Shown in pieces: positions 1-13,278 of a stretch of 64,000 nt of DNA. A program made the position numbers and the translations under genes. The DNA comes from Phoronis australis. Taxonomy: Eukaryota > Animalia > Phoronida. The notes under the pieces are model-generated. The model had not been told where the DNA came from. It ran no database searches and saw only the letters and a list, made by a program, of their open reading frames with translations. How positions within the stretch are numbered: the stretch's first letter is position 1; each line of letters opens with the position of its first letter. The stretch is taken from NCBI GenBank assembly GCA_002633005.1, contig NMRA01000256.1, forward strand, positions 176,068-240,067, given 5' to 3'.

Positions 1-183
1 CCTCCCCCCGCTCGGCGCCACGCGCCTCGGATTCGACCTTTGCGGGAATCCTAAACCCCCCCTTACTGAAAACGTAGATCCGCCACTGATACTGAACAGT
101 TAATGTGTATCTTACACACATGTGGGTTTTAATAGAAGCTCGTAAACCATTTCGATGAAAACCAGCAATTTCTAGATTTGGTT

Positions 184-3100
184 TCACCATTCGTTGATGT
201 CAGGAAACGTCAGTAACCAATAACAAACAGAAAATACAATGAAAGATAAAGGAAAAAATAATCGGGAGTAAAAATCCACGTTTTGCTGAATAGTGTTCAA
301 TCGTGACAAGAACCAGTTGTACTCTCTTTCTTCAGGTGGTATTAAATACGAATTTCTCCTTGAATACCGGTGGTTTTCTTCTAGAATAAAAGGATGCGAA
401 TATCGCCGTGAAGCAGAGACAGTGCCGTCTTGTTTTGGAGTTGTGCTAAACGACTGTCTGCGAGCGGAGGCGGAGTCATCTCGAGTTATTACACCTTCCT
501 GAATGACTGACAGTCTAGGCATCTGTAGTATAATTAATGGGATTGTCATGCAATATACTTAACATTTCATAACATTTTGTCACAGGAGCTCAAAGCACCG
601 TCGAAAGAAAAATAAACATTGCTTTATTCGCAGGCACACGTGGAAGACATCGCCTTACCCATACCAAGAATAACGAAATGAAGAAACAAATTAATCAGAG
701 GAAGAATGATTTGCAAAAACATAATATATTATCTCCAGACGCTCCTAACGTCTGTAGATTGAATTTAAGAGAGTTTACTTACACAAACATTACATTTGCA
801 ATAAACGTCTTAGATACGTAGTGATAGAACATTCAAGAACGGGCATACCTCAAACGCCAAGTTATTGACCACTGATAACCGTTTCTTGTAGTCTCTTTGA
901 GTCTTCTTTTCTACTTTCTTGAAAAAATTGGCCGCGACAAAGAACTCAAAAAATGCGGCCAAAACGTACACTATACAAACGCTCCTCCATATATCGATAG
1001 CCTGAAAGCATTTAAAATGTAGTCGTAAAGTATTAGTGGACATAAATTGAACCTTGAGCGTGTGGTTTAATGAATAGGACCGTACCGAATACACACCGAC
1101 AGAACTCTCCTTTATCCCGGAGGTACGAAAACGTGTTGTTTTCATTGGCCTCACTTTTTAATCAAAGCACGTTTCCACAAGTCATGTCGGACACCGTCGA
1201 GACGTATGGCTATGGATATAGTCATCCGTTTAAAAGTATCATAAAAGAGAACGTATCTTCATTAATGGGAATTTCTGTTCGATTCAAAATAAACCCGACG
1301 AATTGCTTTGGTCACTTGCTCTGTCTTTTCTTGTCTTTGATTGATGTCGCCACTGAGAAACGTCACGCATCCAAGAATATTTGTTCTCAAGTTTATCCAA
1401 ATTTCTCCAGTTGAAGTTGCAGCCCGGAATAGGGAAATGATATTTTGTTGGCAATGAAAGAACGAATAGAGCAATGCAGCCGAGAAAAAAAAACTAAAAA
1501 ATACAACAACAAAGTATATTTCAAACTCCAATGGTGCGAAAAAGAGGCTTCAAAAGTGCTTCACGGACATTGCGGCATTGTGGGTAAATACAGCAAGATT
1601 CGAGTGTCGATAGTGTACAGTGTTGTAGTGAGGTGTAGGCGCACATAGGCGCAGCTAACCACCTTTTAGCATTTGAACGTAGCGCCTACGCACCGTAAGC
1701 TACGTTCAGTGCTCAAGGTGATGTGGTGGGCTTTGGGCGCCGACTTACCTCTAATTTTACCACTACAGCACTGATAGTGTATTTCGGGACGGGCCTAGGC
1801 CTACTTAGATATGACTTGCATTGTGAGAGAAAATTGTTTTAACTCGAGCAGACGCACTAGTATAAAACCAACTTATATACAATCTGTTAAGAATGAAAAA
1901 TCAACTCATTGTTAGTTTTTTAAGTGACTTGTCAAGACGAACTGCGTCGATATGGCACCTGACGCACCTAAGGTCGTGGTCTAATCTGTGTAGTCGGAAT
2001 AGAACTCGTCATTTTATGGGTAATTTTTCGTTTCGAATTTAAGATATAAAAGTGTCTATTAATCTGTACTCCAGTACGTTTTGGCTAATGCATATGTGTT
2101 TCTAGTCCAAGTGCGCATTTAATTAAATATGTATCAACTTGGAATTTCTAGTCCAGATTTAACCTAAATTCTAAAGTCGTCAAGTGCAATCTATGATTAG
2201 ACATATGTCCACGCGAGCCACTATGCACTCGAGCATAGAATGACGCTTATTTTGAGGTCACATCTAGGCTGTTGCACCCATTGCGGTTGTCTCCATTTGC
2301 TTTTTGTACAGCCCCTGTACATTACAACACTTTGAAACCAGCAGACAATTGATCTTTTTTACTTCACATTCGAACAGGCTGCGACTGTGATTCTTTCAAC
2401 GATGCTTTGGTGCAACAAGCCTTAGGGGCGGGAAGTGTCACGTCACCGCAGAATTTGTTTGTCCGCCAGTCACGTACGTTGTGGGCTTAGTGTGGTTCCG
2501 GTGAGAGATTGAATTTTAGAAACCTGTAGAATATCGGGTTCCTCTTCACTGTGAAAAACAGTAAACTGGTGTATACATAGTAAAACACGTCATAGGAGCC
2601 AGCTTTCTTTAATGAATTCGAGTCCCAATGGGACACACTGCTAGTCTCCCTAGAGTCAGGTCTCCAGCTACTCAGCTAGGTTTTAACTATATATTAATAA
2701 AGCATAAAAATGATTCCTGAGGTGATCAGTGAAATGAGTCCACCTGAGCGGCCTGGTCACGTCTGGTACTGTACGTTTACCTGACTGCCTGCAATCATCA
2801 TAACACGCCATCACTAATTTATTATTTACCATTGTGTATTCAACTTCAGGCAGCTGGTAAAGCGTCTTCTCCATCTGAACGACCATAATAAGCAGGGTAA
2901 AGACGCCGATAAGTGTTCGCACGGTCTCAGCCCTAACATCCAGAAAGAAGGTAGACCATGAGACGACGATAGTCATCGATGAGGGTATGTAGAGGTGTAA
3001 AAGGTAGTAGCCCATTTGCCGCTGGATACGAAAGTCTACGGCTATGCACGAGAAGGTACCTGACGAAAGAACAAGACCGCATTGAAATGATTGTTCATTA

Positions 3101-6100
3101 CATACAAGAGTTTTACAACAGTTCCCTCGAAGTCATTGTAGTATATTCTCCTTTTGTTAAGGAATCATAAATTTGACAATATCGAACAGAATTCAAAATG
3201 GCATCGACGTTTCTCGTTTTCAGTGAAGGAGGAGACCTTAATGTCGACCAGTCATCAGGTGGCGAGACCGGCTCACCTTGATGTGTTAAACATGTCGTGG
3301 AAATCGACATTTCCTGAGGCCGCTCAAAATTATTTCGGTAAAGAGACAATTCCCGAGCAAAGAAAGCAGAGACCAGTTATCATGAGCAGAAATGGTCACT
3401 TGACATTGTTTTTGATGCCGATTTTATAAGATGATGTCAAGCTTTCTTCGTCTGAAAAGGAACGTCTATACCAAATGATATTGATAGCGTTGTTTCGCGG
3501 GGAATGTGTCTTCCTTTTTGCTATATTTTAATAAATAAGACATGGTCACGTGACCAAATTAATGACAGACTGGTGTGAAGCCAAAAATGTCACCTTCATA
3601 AAATAAACACTTTAATCGATTTAAAGTTTATGTCGAACCAGGAACCAGCCTAACGCTCTGATGGCGGAACTAAATCCAACTCGCTACGTGGCAGAGTATA
3701 CTGAGACTATTTGACTGGAAATGTCACGCGGTTTGATTTAAGCGAACACTGTAAGAAAACGTCAAGATGCAAGGCCATTTGTTATACAATCACAAAAGCA
3801 CAACGGATATTGTTGTTTTATAGCTCTAGTCAAAGCTAACAACTCCAAGAAGTCTATCCCATTCAACAATAATCCCAAAATGATTTTTGGCCCTAAATTC
3901 TATAATATATTTTAAGGTTGTAAGTGATGTCGTTTAGAAAGGAGCCTTTCGCCGCTGATTAAGTTCAAATGATGATGAACCTCTTTGGGTTGAAAAACAT
4001 TGCCACGCTTATCTGGCCATTCTTCAATTGTTTCCTAATGAGTCCGCAGCTCAAATCACTGTCAATGCGGAAATGCCCCATTTTCGAATTTGCAATTTTA
4101 GGGCTGGCCAGCTGCAACAAAATCCGATGCGTCTTCTTGAGGCGCTGATGATTTCTATGTTCTTGTTGTGAACGGAAATCGATGCCTATCTAGGAACATG
4201 AATTCCAAAAGTCTGAGATTTCCACATACACTGTAGAGGGAGAGAAAGGGGGTGAGGTAGGGAGGGAGGTGGTGAGGGACGGAGACGGGGGGGAGAGGAA
4301 GGGAGGGAAAGAGAGAAAATAAATTTATTACGGTGACCATGCACTGTTACTTGAACATCCAGCTCACTGAACGTATTAGTTACTTTAAACAATATACAAG
4401 AACACCAGTGCACATACAATTTGATATGAAGTTCAAAATCTTTTAAGAAACTAAGTGAACAGAAAATTTTGTGGTGTATTAAGAGCACCTTCTGCACATA
4501 TCTAGAGGGATCATTAAAAAAAAATTTACATGTACATAAAATAGTAAGTTTGTCTTCAGAACTGAACAAATCGAAATCCGGGAGAATGAGTCTGATTTTA
4601 TCGACAAAATGGAAGTTAATACTGTTTATTGAAAGTAAAAATAAGAATACAGCCAATATACCACATCACGGAAATGAGTTCTCTGCTCATCTCACGGACA
4701 TATCCCCATGTAGATGGGTGTTTCGAAATAAAATCTGACCGGAAGAAAAATCAACCCTATGTATCATGTGCACCAGAATGCAATTACTAATTATTGGTTG
4801 GAAAGAGAATGTCCACAAATGTCAAAACCAATTATTTGGAAGTACCAACAAAGAGGCAACACGAGTGGTTTATGGTAACCAAGCAAACTAAGCCCAGAAT
4901 CTGCAAAATGGTTATAACATATCTTAGAATGCGTGTGTGGCCAGGTTATGGCTACCTTTCTGCTGCTAATAGATCTTTTCCTATTCCATATAGGCTGAAA
5001 TTTCAACAAAAAGAACTCAACAAAATAACTGCAACTATACCGTATACATAACACTTGGCACAACCTCCAATTGTTAAGTGACTGTGTTATTCAACACAAT
5101 AATTTTGTTCCCACTGTACATAAACTACACTGCCTCACCTTTTGGACTGGAACCAATGTTTACCTGTCGAGAAGCTATCAGTACAGTCGGTGAAGTTCGA
5201 ACGCTGGAGATCGAGTTGAAACCCTGACATGGTAATGTCAGAATTATATTCAAAGGCCCCTTTGTCAGAATCTTCAAAAAAGCCCCATTTAAGTATCACG
5301 TCTTGTACAGGATGACTATCTGAAAGATATCACAATTTAGTGGGACAACATGTAGCCCTTACCGACACAGAATTTAAAATTTAGACAGAGCCTTCAGAAG
5401 GCACAAGCCTATACCAAGGCGTTCTCTTTAGTCGTCAGGTTGTTCGATCACTTTCCTATTACTTCAGTGAAGTGATCAATGTTGGTTTCTTCTTTCTGTC
5501 AAGAAATGAAGTGCAATCGAAAGGTCTTTTACACAACCACCACACACTGAGAATTTCATTCATCACTTTTCATGACTTTTTAAACCTAAGCCGTGTTTTA
5601 AAACAAAGAGATTAGCACATAAAGAACAAAATAACATCATTTGAGGTAAAAGTTGCCAGATTTTCACGGTGATCTTGGAAATGATTAAAGTTGACATTGT
5701 TAGCCTGGCATTGTCCTTAGCAAACGTGGCGACAAGAATCAAGTTCATTCAGTGGACCTGAGACACTAGCGCTGCACTCGTGGCGAGAAATCTTCGTTAG
5801 GTCTAACCACTGTTCTGACCTTTGCAGCTCGCGCGAAGAAAATAGAGTGTGTCATGTTTGATAGCAATTTTGTGGACTAAATGGAAAGTGATTGCTCGAA
5901 TGGTAGTCAGTTGTTCTTAGAACTTGTTTTGCATGGGTAAACGTAACCCGGATACGGAAGTCCCGCCATTTTCAAATGATATCCTTGCTCAGTGTTGTAT
6001 TTCTGGCGCGAATCCAGATACACTTCAGACAAACTGAAATTGTCAAGTATCTTGTTTGGTAATGACATAAACTAAAATTCTGGATTCGTGTTTCCTTTTA

Positions 6101-9100
6101 TACACCGGGATAGTCGTGAAGTTGTGATTTCAGGTACTGCAAGCCCAAAATTTTGAAATTGGTGACTCTTTGGCATCTCAATTTTTCCCGTAGACCTAGC
6201 AAGTAGAAAACACAGCTTTGTTGAATTTCGTCATACTTGAGAAACCCCATCCAGCTAGTGTGCTTTCTCTCAGTTATGCCTTTTTCAGGTGTCTAGTTGA
6301 AATAGAGTGCAAACAGGAGCTTTCGTTGGCCTAGACTAGTGATAACGTCAAATCGGCCACTCGAACTACATGTACATGTATTGAACGGAATTAGTGAGTT
6401 CGATCCCATTAACTTCAACGTCACCGAAGAATCACTTCACTGACCGCCATTTTGCAAGTGTGCGTTAGGTTCCACAGCATCAGGCCTATTCGCAAATCAA
6501 GCTCGCCTTTCACTTCATAGCATAATTTTGCGAGGTCTTCCGTGGTATCGCCTTTTCTACAGGTTCTTGCGTCGCATATGGAACGCACCCCGGTATTGCC
6601 TATGAATAACCAAAGTGCAGCACGTAAACTCTCTAGCCCTGCGCCATTGTATTGTTATTGTTATTCGTAAGACTGATTTTTCTGGTTTGATGTTAAGTGA
6701 TAGACAATCATCTGCTGCTTTATAAACCTCTTAAACTACTGACACGTTGCTTATTTTACTGGCGTGGTAGCAGTGAACTGGCTGCGATCGAGGCTTGATC
6801 CGCTCACAAGACACCGGACTATCGCCTCATTTAAAGACAGGCTGCAAAATTCATTGCACATCCTCTCACTAGACCATTTCTCGTCTACGATATCAGTTGC
6901 ATAAACAAAATCTCTGCTGCTTCACCACGCGGTCAGATTGAGGTGCACTTCTATCCCTGGGCCTCAGCGATGTAATACCCAAATGAAACTGACAGAGCTC
7001 ACAATGAGTCAAATCGTTAACTTTTGTCCTGTGGTGTTCCGCAGTTTTATTGTGAAGTCACCCAATCCAGGACGCAGAGCTAAAATCACCCGCCAACATT
7101 TTGGCTTTGCATCATCTGGTGCACACTTATTAGTCCTGGAGTGCTAATACTAGATCTGAACATCTGATCCGTAGACTAACGCAGAGAACTTACTCTTCGT
7201 TGCATTGTCACGCACCATAACGACGCTATCAACATCGACGAAGACAAAACTCCTTCCCTAGGTTACATATGAACTTAGGTCTATACCAACGTGTTAAGCA
7301 AGAAGACCCTCGCCTCCATTTTCCAAACTATGAACTCACTGCTTGAGCAGCTCAGACGTATCGAAGAAACTCATGTGCATAACCGTCTCTCAGTAAAGCC
7401 ACCTCCTCCTTCGTCGCCGGACAAATCCATCGTGACAAGTAGACGCTACTGCCCGTCGCACTCGATTGGACCAATTGTTTACTAAAATTCCATTTATTCC
7501 GACGAATGGCAAATGCGCTTTTCTAGTGGCCCGTGATCGACAATGACACCGAAGAGCGCGCCTTGCAAGACACCACACCCTACGACCGACATTGTCCCCA
7601 TCCACTGTCGCCCTCACTGTCCATGTAGTCCAGTATCTTTATCTCGACACCTTTTTGGGCAAGTAGTCTTAAGGTTGATTTTTGACTTTTTTGCGACAGA
7701 AAATATATGATTAGTGCAGCAAGTGCTCGCTCGGTGGGCGCGACCGTCGACAGTATATCTACTCTATAGGTTGTTGGCGAAACTCGACTTTTGTTCGGAC
7801 GGGTCAAGCATTCTTTCGTTTTCGACTGCTTTGTTGTTGATTCTCTTAACGTAAACGCATTGATCACAACCCTGCACAGTAGTGTACATCTGATACACCC
7901 GTTACTATTGGAGCATCATTTGCAGCCGACGCCATGAAGTGTTTTCGACAACTCAGTTTGGTTATTCATTAAGGCACCTCTTCGTCTACAATGACTCGTA
8001 TTATCTTCGGAATGGACATCACCAGTTGTGCCTCTACAAACACTTATTGGGTGGATCTCACGCGGTTATCTGTGCCTATCCAACCTCAGGATTCAACCAC
8101 TACAGAATGATAAACTTCTCGAACACCATAGCTTATCTCTTAAGATGAGGCGCACCAAGAATCCCAACCATAACCAGAGAAGGTCATACAAGAGTGGTTA
8201 CATGAGTTGCTGTTTGACCATCTGGACCCTCACAGTGTCATTCCAGAGAAAGAACAAGAACTCGCAAGACTTCTCGAGTCGCTCAGTATTACAAGTGAAG
8301 CATGTGTGTGTACCTTCCTGAATGAGATTCTTGCGTCTGATTGCCTCACGGGTCGATTGAAACACTCACAACTAAATAGATAAAGCATGAAAGAGTTGAC
8401 GTAACAATGCAACTCGCGGTTCTTCTCAGATGGTAAGAAATATGGCCGCTAATCGAGAGATATTTGGTGTGATCTGGTAATGACTTGGTGAATTATAGTT
8501 CACGACAATAGACCAATATGACACGTGGATATATGTATGGAGTGTCATTTATTTCCACTTTCTTTACGATGAATCACTGAAACGAGCAGATAAATAAAAG
8601 AGTTGTTTAAAAATGTAATTTTGTAGTCGTGTATTGATCTGATAGGAAATACATGTATGGCTGAATCTGTCAAATTCATAACAGTACATGGGCTCTGGAA
8701 ATTGTCTGGCAAGCAATGCGGCCGCCGGACCGATATTTTTCATGAAGCATTTCGAGGTCTCTCAAATGCACCAAAAGATACTCGAATTCTCAAATTTTTT
8801 GGTGAAGGTCCCCAACCCCTCCCGTGCACTTCCCATATGCCAAAACCATATGAAAATGCTTCCGACGCCTCTGAATGTACCCTGCGTAATGTATTGGAGT
8901 CTAGGCTTTGTTACTTACAGCTCATAAAGGCAACGGGAAGTAAGTGCTTGTCTCCGGGAAAGTACCGGAAATTCAGATGACAAGACAATGTCATTGATAA
9001 CCTGAAATGAAAAAAGAGAGAAGTTGACAAAACATCCTTTTGATGTCTCATGATTAGGTTAAAAAGCACAGTCAGTTCTGGTCCGTGTACTATTTTGAAA

Positions 9101-12100
9101 ATCGTGGGTGTTCTTTTAGTTGCTCAGTTTTCAAAAACGAAAATCTACCTAAGACGAACTCTGACCAGTGTCGGTGGGGTGAAAGGATGACCAAAGATTG
9201 TCCTTTAAGGCAGCAGATTTCTACAGAATAGTGTCTGGAAATAGAATCTCGGAGTCAACACGGTGTCGTCCCGCGATTGCCGACCGAGTAGACTTGACAG
9301 TAACGCAGATGATCCATGACCATGCAACACGTCACTCGCCTGATAGCTCAACTTCATTACTATAGTTGTCAAGAAAAAATTATAACTTCTTGTATTTACA
9401 AGTCGACATTTGTAGCTGACAAGGTAATGCCAAAGACCACAGAATATTCAAAGTTTTACATTTAATAGTTTGCTATCGTTGCGTCTGAAGCGGCACCTCG
9501 ACAGGGTTTTAGCTCTGACGGGGGAGGGCAGCAAAAACAAGCGGCGATTACTGTTAGGCAAAGATGCCGTGCAGTTAGCGTTTTGTTTACATGATCCAGT
9601 GCCCTACCTGGTTGGAAGTATTATTATATTGACATATCAGAAGTCGCCGTTTTTCACACCTTGACGTGAATTAGCCTATGTGCTAGGCTTTCTTTCATTT
9701 GAGGCAGCTACGTGCGCTCGTATATAGCTCTTGGTCTCAGATTACTGATCCTCTGGTCACTTTAACCATGCATGCGGCAATAGTAGTGAAGTAATGTAAG
9801 CGGAACGGCAACAGGTCTGTATATCTTTTTTCTACTTTCACCATCATTTAGCAAATACAATGTCTCTCAGGGACTTTATGACGCCACAAACAGACACCTT
9901 TCCCTCTTAAAAACTTGAACACAATTTTTGCCTCAGCAATGATAGCATACCTTTGGCTGTGCGTTATCTGACCTCCCTTTTCCAACCAAATTGCTTCGTT
10001 GCTTTTGGTAACAACATGCCGTTTGCCATCAATCGCGTTGACGACAAATAAGTCTGGCAACCACAGTTTACGAATGAATTCTGGTCCTAAGTTAAACGAC
10101 CTGTTGCCGAATTGGAATAAATCGGGCCAGTCCAATCTGTGGTCAACCCATCTTTGTCTGAGGTAGATGTCTAGAGAATATTGCTGTGAAAACAAGCACA
10201 AAAAATGCATACTATTTGAGACAATTTCGACTTTAACTATACCTTGGACACATAAAGCTTCCGACGCCGATCCGAGGAAAATGGTATGGTGTAACATCCA
10301 GTCAAGGCATCCGGGTGCTGGCACCGGGGCAAAGGCTGAACGCTTTACTAAGTTGCTGATTCGATAAAAATCGCCCGATTACTGAAGCATTGGAATGAAG
10401 GAATGGACAGGATCGACCGAACGATATGTGACCAAGGCATAACATATGAGCCTGAAATAAGCGGACATTCATCTGGCGTATTTGACAAGGGACAGTTGTC
10501 ACCCAGATTCGGGGAAAAGTTAAGGAAAATTCTGGCAACTCAAGCAACACAGCACCCAATGAAAAAAACGGAAAAGACATTTCAGAAGATGCATCGATCA
10601 CAAAATCAAAGAAAGAGGAGAATGAACATCAACATGAAAACTCTGCTGTTAGGTATTCATATATAGGAAAAGAAATTTTCAATAGAGTTGATTAAAAACT
10701 CTTACCACTGGCGCCCCCATACTACACCCCGTGAAGTCTTACTACTTTGCCACTGAACCTGAACTCCGAATTTCAACCACTTTTACCACAAACACGTGAC
10801 CAATATATAAATAGAAACTAGATCTGCATTAAAGTCAATTGGACTAAAAGTTTCCGTGGTAATAAATTTTGTGCGTCTGAAGAGTTTTTGTTGGGAATGT
10901 GTGAATTGGAAATAGCTCTTTCCACGGAATATGAAGCGCAGCTGCACTTAGGCACTCTTAGCAAAGACAATTTTAGTGCGAGTGAACGCACGGCCCTTTT
11001 CCTACGAGTCGCATGTGCTCAAATGATGGCATGGCAACAAATCGCATAAAGCTATGCCGATACTCTCTGACCACAGGACTGCAAGAACATTTTTAAAAAA
11101 CTAACACTTTTAATACATAGACAACAGTGGGTTAAACAATAACAATAGCAATAATAATAGTTATAGTAATAGTAATATTAAGAATGTTAGTAATATTAAT
11201 AGTAATCGTAATAATAATATCGATGTATGTTTTTTTAAAAACATACATCATATTAGTCATATTAACTTAAAAGTTAATATGACTATCATCAAAACATCGA
11301 ATCAGGTTTAGGTTACAGGGCAGAGTTCCGTAGATCAAGGTAGGGAAGCATTGGGCATGGAAAACAAAGATATCCTACCTGGGTACATTGGAACGTGGGA
11401 ATTTTGGATGAGAAGAATTTAGGTACAGAGAATACCGTTATGGAATCGAAAAAGATATCCAAAGCATTTCAGAACAAAACAGAAAAATATCTTTCGTTCT
11501 CGATACTGAAGTTAAAATGATTGTTTGTTACGTTAATGAAAATACTATGAGTTTGCTGAGTAATTCTGGAAATAACATACAACCAAATCCAAGCAAGCTT
11601 TACAACTTTGTAAAGGTCATCATGGATCAAATCTTCCGCTGTGGAAGTGTGCCTAAACGTAATATACTTCAGATGTTGACAAAATGTGGTAGTCGGGAAA
11701 ACTATTTTACTGTAATTTCCAGATAGATTTATAATTTCTTGCATTTAAAATCACACAATATTTTCATGCAAGGTACCATAGCATTAAGACATATGCGGTC
11801 TGAAAAACCAAGACTATCAGATAGGATTTAAAATCAGATAACAGTGTTGACAGCAATCGAAAGAAAGTTTGCTTGAAAGTGGAACTTGACTGCACATGAT
11901 CGTTTTTGTCATTCTGGTGTAATTCTTGAAGACGTACATTTTATACGTACCATTTTTACTTCTTGCAAATTGGAGATGGAATTTATATAGGCGTTGATTT
12001 TAATCTCCAGTGGTCGAGAACCTGTAAGAAGAAACTATTGTTACTACCGGCGTCTGAGTCGTAGTAACGCCACTTTGTACGAATGGTTTGTTGTGTTTAC

Positions 12101-12886
12101 TGAACATCCGAAGAAAGTACAGCAACCTTTCCATTGTTGCCCCATTTGGATAGTAAAACAAAAAATTGATTGTGCTGCAAATACTGTTGCGAATAAACAT
12201 CTGGTTCAACAAAAAGCACAACTACATTCGAACAAAAGATTTGAAATTTTACTGTCACAGTTTTTGTGGACATTTATGAAAATGTCTTGATTTTCTTTAA
12301 ACTATGTATTTTAGAAAGCTAAATTCTACACCCGAAAAGAATAACACAATGATTGGTTTGTGAATAGACAACATTATTTGTCTTTATTTTTAAAGGCATT
12401 CTTTCCCTCCTTTGAAAAGTCGTAAACAGTATTTGACAGCAAACCAATCTAACTTAAACTTATTGAAAAATGATGTTGTTTCAACGCGTAATCAAGTGTT
12501 TTTAAATGGAATATTGATTTTTCAAAATAAATTTTTAGGTTATGGTGGTGCAACAACAAATTGGCTGACACATTTGAACGACGTTGAACTTCACCGGTAG
12601 GAGATACTCCTATTTTGTGATGTCTCTCGACTGAGTTAAACTCTACGCTCTATAGTGGTGAAAATATAGGGAAAAGATGTGTTTAAGATTTTATATTGTA
12701 TCTACAAATTAAGCACGTAAGCTTACCGTTAACAGGAAAAGGGACCAATCTTTTGTCGTATCCAGAAAGAAGTTGGCCCATTATTTCATGCTGTTGTATA
12801 CTCGTGTTCATAGAGCTGCAATTAGATGCATGTGAAGACCTATTGTACAAGTAAAACACTACACTCATTAGCAGAATCGCTGCCAT
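184..12886 (-). CDS. Pentameric ligand-gated ion channel subunit, glycine/GABA/GluCl-receptor-like, 8 coding exons, about 474 aa
   Basis: Phase-consistent GT-AG exons: 12727-12886 (signal peptide, LLSGYDKRLVP; in-frame stops upstream of the ATG), 11951-12021 (PLEIKINAYINSISNLQEVKM), 9951-10183 (loop D DIYLRQRW, loop A WLPDLFVVN), 8919-9001 (Cys-loop SCHLNFRYFPGD), 5164-5319 (loops B/F/C, CTDSFSTG), 2830-3059 (TFSC, M1 GYYLLHLYIPS, M2), 849-1001 (M3 AIDIW), 184-522 (M4 VDFYSRLFFPLSF..YW, TGA). Sum 1425 nt. A candidate non-coding exon donor (CAG|GTAAGA) lies at 13338. Confidence 0.93.
1618..1773. mobile_element. hAT-type MITE (156 bp)
   Basis: Terminal inverted repeats CAGTGTTGTAGTG / CACTACAGCACTG flanked by an exact 8-bp target-site duplication ATAGTGTA (1610-1617 and 1774-1781). 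Confidence 0.75.
4330..5080 (-). mobile_element. Possible highly decayed non-LTR retrotransposon 3' fragment
   Basis: Fragmentary ORFs whose composition resembles the LINE remnant at 16.8-18.3 kb; no intact motif. Confidence 0.25.
6760..8340 (+). mobile_element. Degenerate Ty3/Gypsy-like LTR retrotransposon (gag and protease remnants) in an intron of the channel gene
   Basis: Frameshifted peptides LTMSQIVNFCPVVFRSFIVK..RQHFGFASSGAHLL, VTHHNDAINIDEDKTPSL, KTLASIFQTMNSLLEQLR and VVGETRLLF..FVVDSLNVNALI resemble gag/protease regions of marine-invertebrate Gypsy elements as I recall them. PBS-like TGGCGTGGTAGCAG at 6760. No intact RT or paired LTR seen. Confidence 0.6.
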
Positions 12887-13076
12887 TTGAGACTATCGCT
12901 AAGGAGTAACGTAAGCTAAGATTAACCCTGTTCTTCCCTGCAATCAACGAAAATCAAAGTATTTTGTTTGGTATGTGACAAATGGATTATTTTATATTGA
13001 ATATACAACACTTGTGATTCGTATTGCTGCTGAAATTTAAAATCAGCACGAGCATAATAAGGACAATTTAAGTTTA

Positions 13077-13278
13077 GGGCCTGTCTCATGAAAAGAGACT
13101 TAAGACTAAAAACCTAAATTTGGTTTCACTCTCCTACTTCACAGTGGCGGAATAAACATTTGGCCAAATATTTTATGAGCGCATCTTAGTCCAGAAATAA
13201 TTTATAGACTTTTGTGAGGGGCTTAAGACCAAATTTTTAAGTTACGTCTTAAAAGTCATTTTTCGCGAAACAGACCCC
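13077..13278. mobile_element. PIF/Harbinger-type MITE
   Basis: Imperfect TIRs GGGCCTGTCTCATGAAAAGAGACTTAAGAC / GTCTTAAAAGTCATTTTTCGCGAAACAGACCCC flanked by TTA on both sides. Confidence 0.55.

Noticed and set aside
4155-4236. VCGNLRLLEFMFLDRHRFPF as an alternative Cys-loop exon
   Set aside because: It is in the wrong order (downstream of the loop C exon), runs into a stop, and partly overlaps a dispersed repeat also seen at about 23740-23880.
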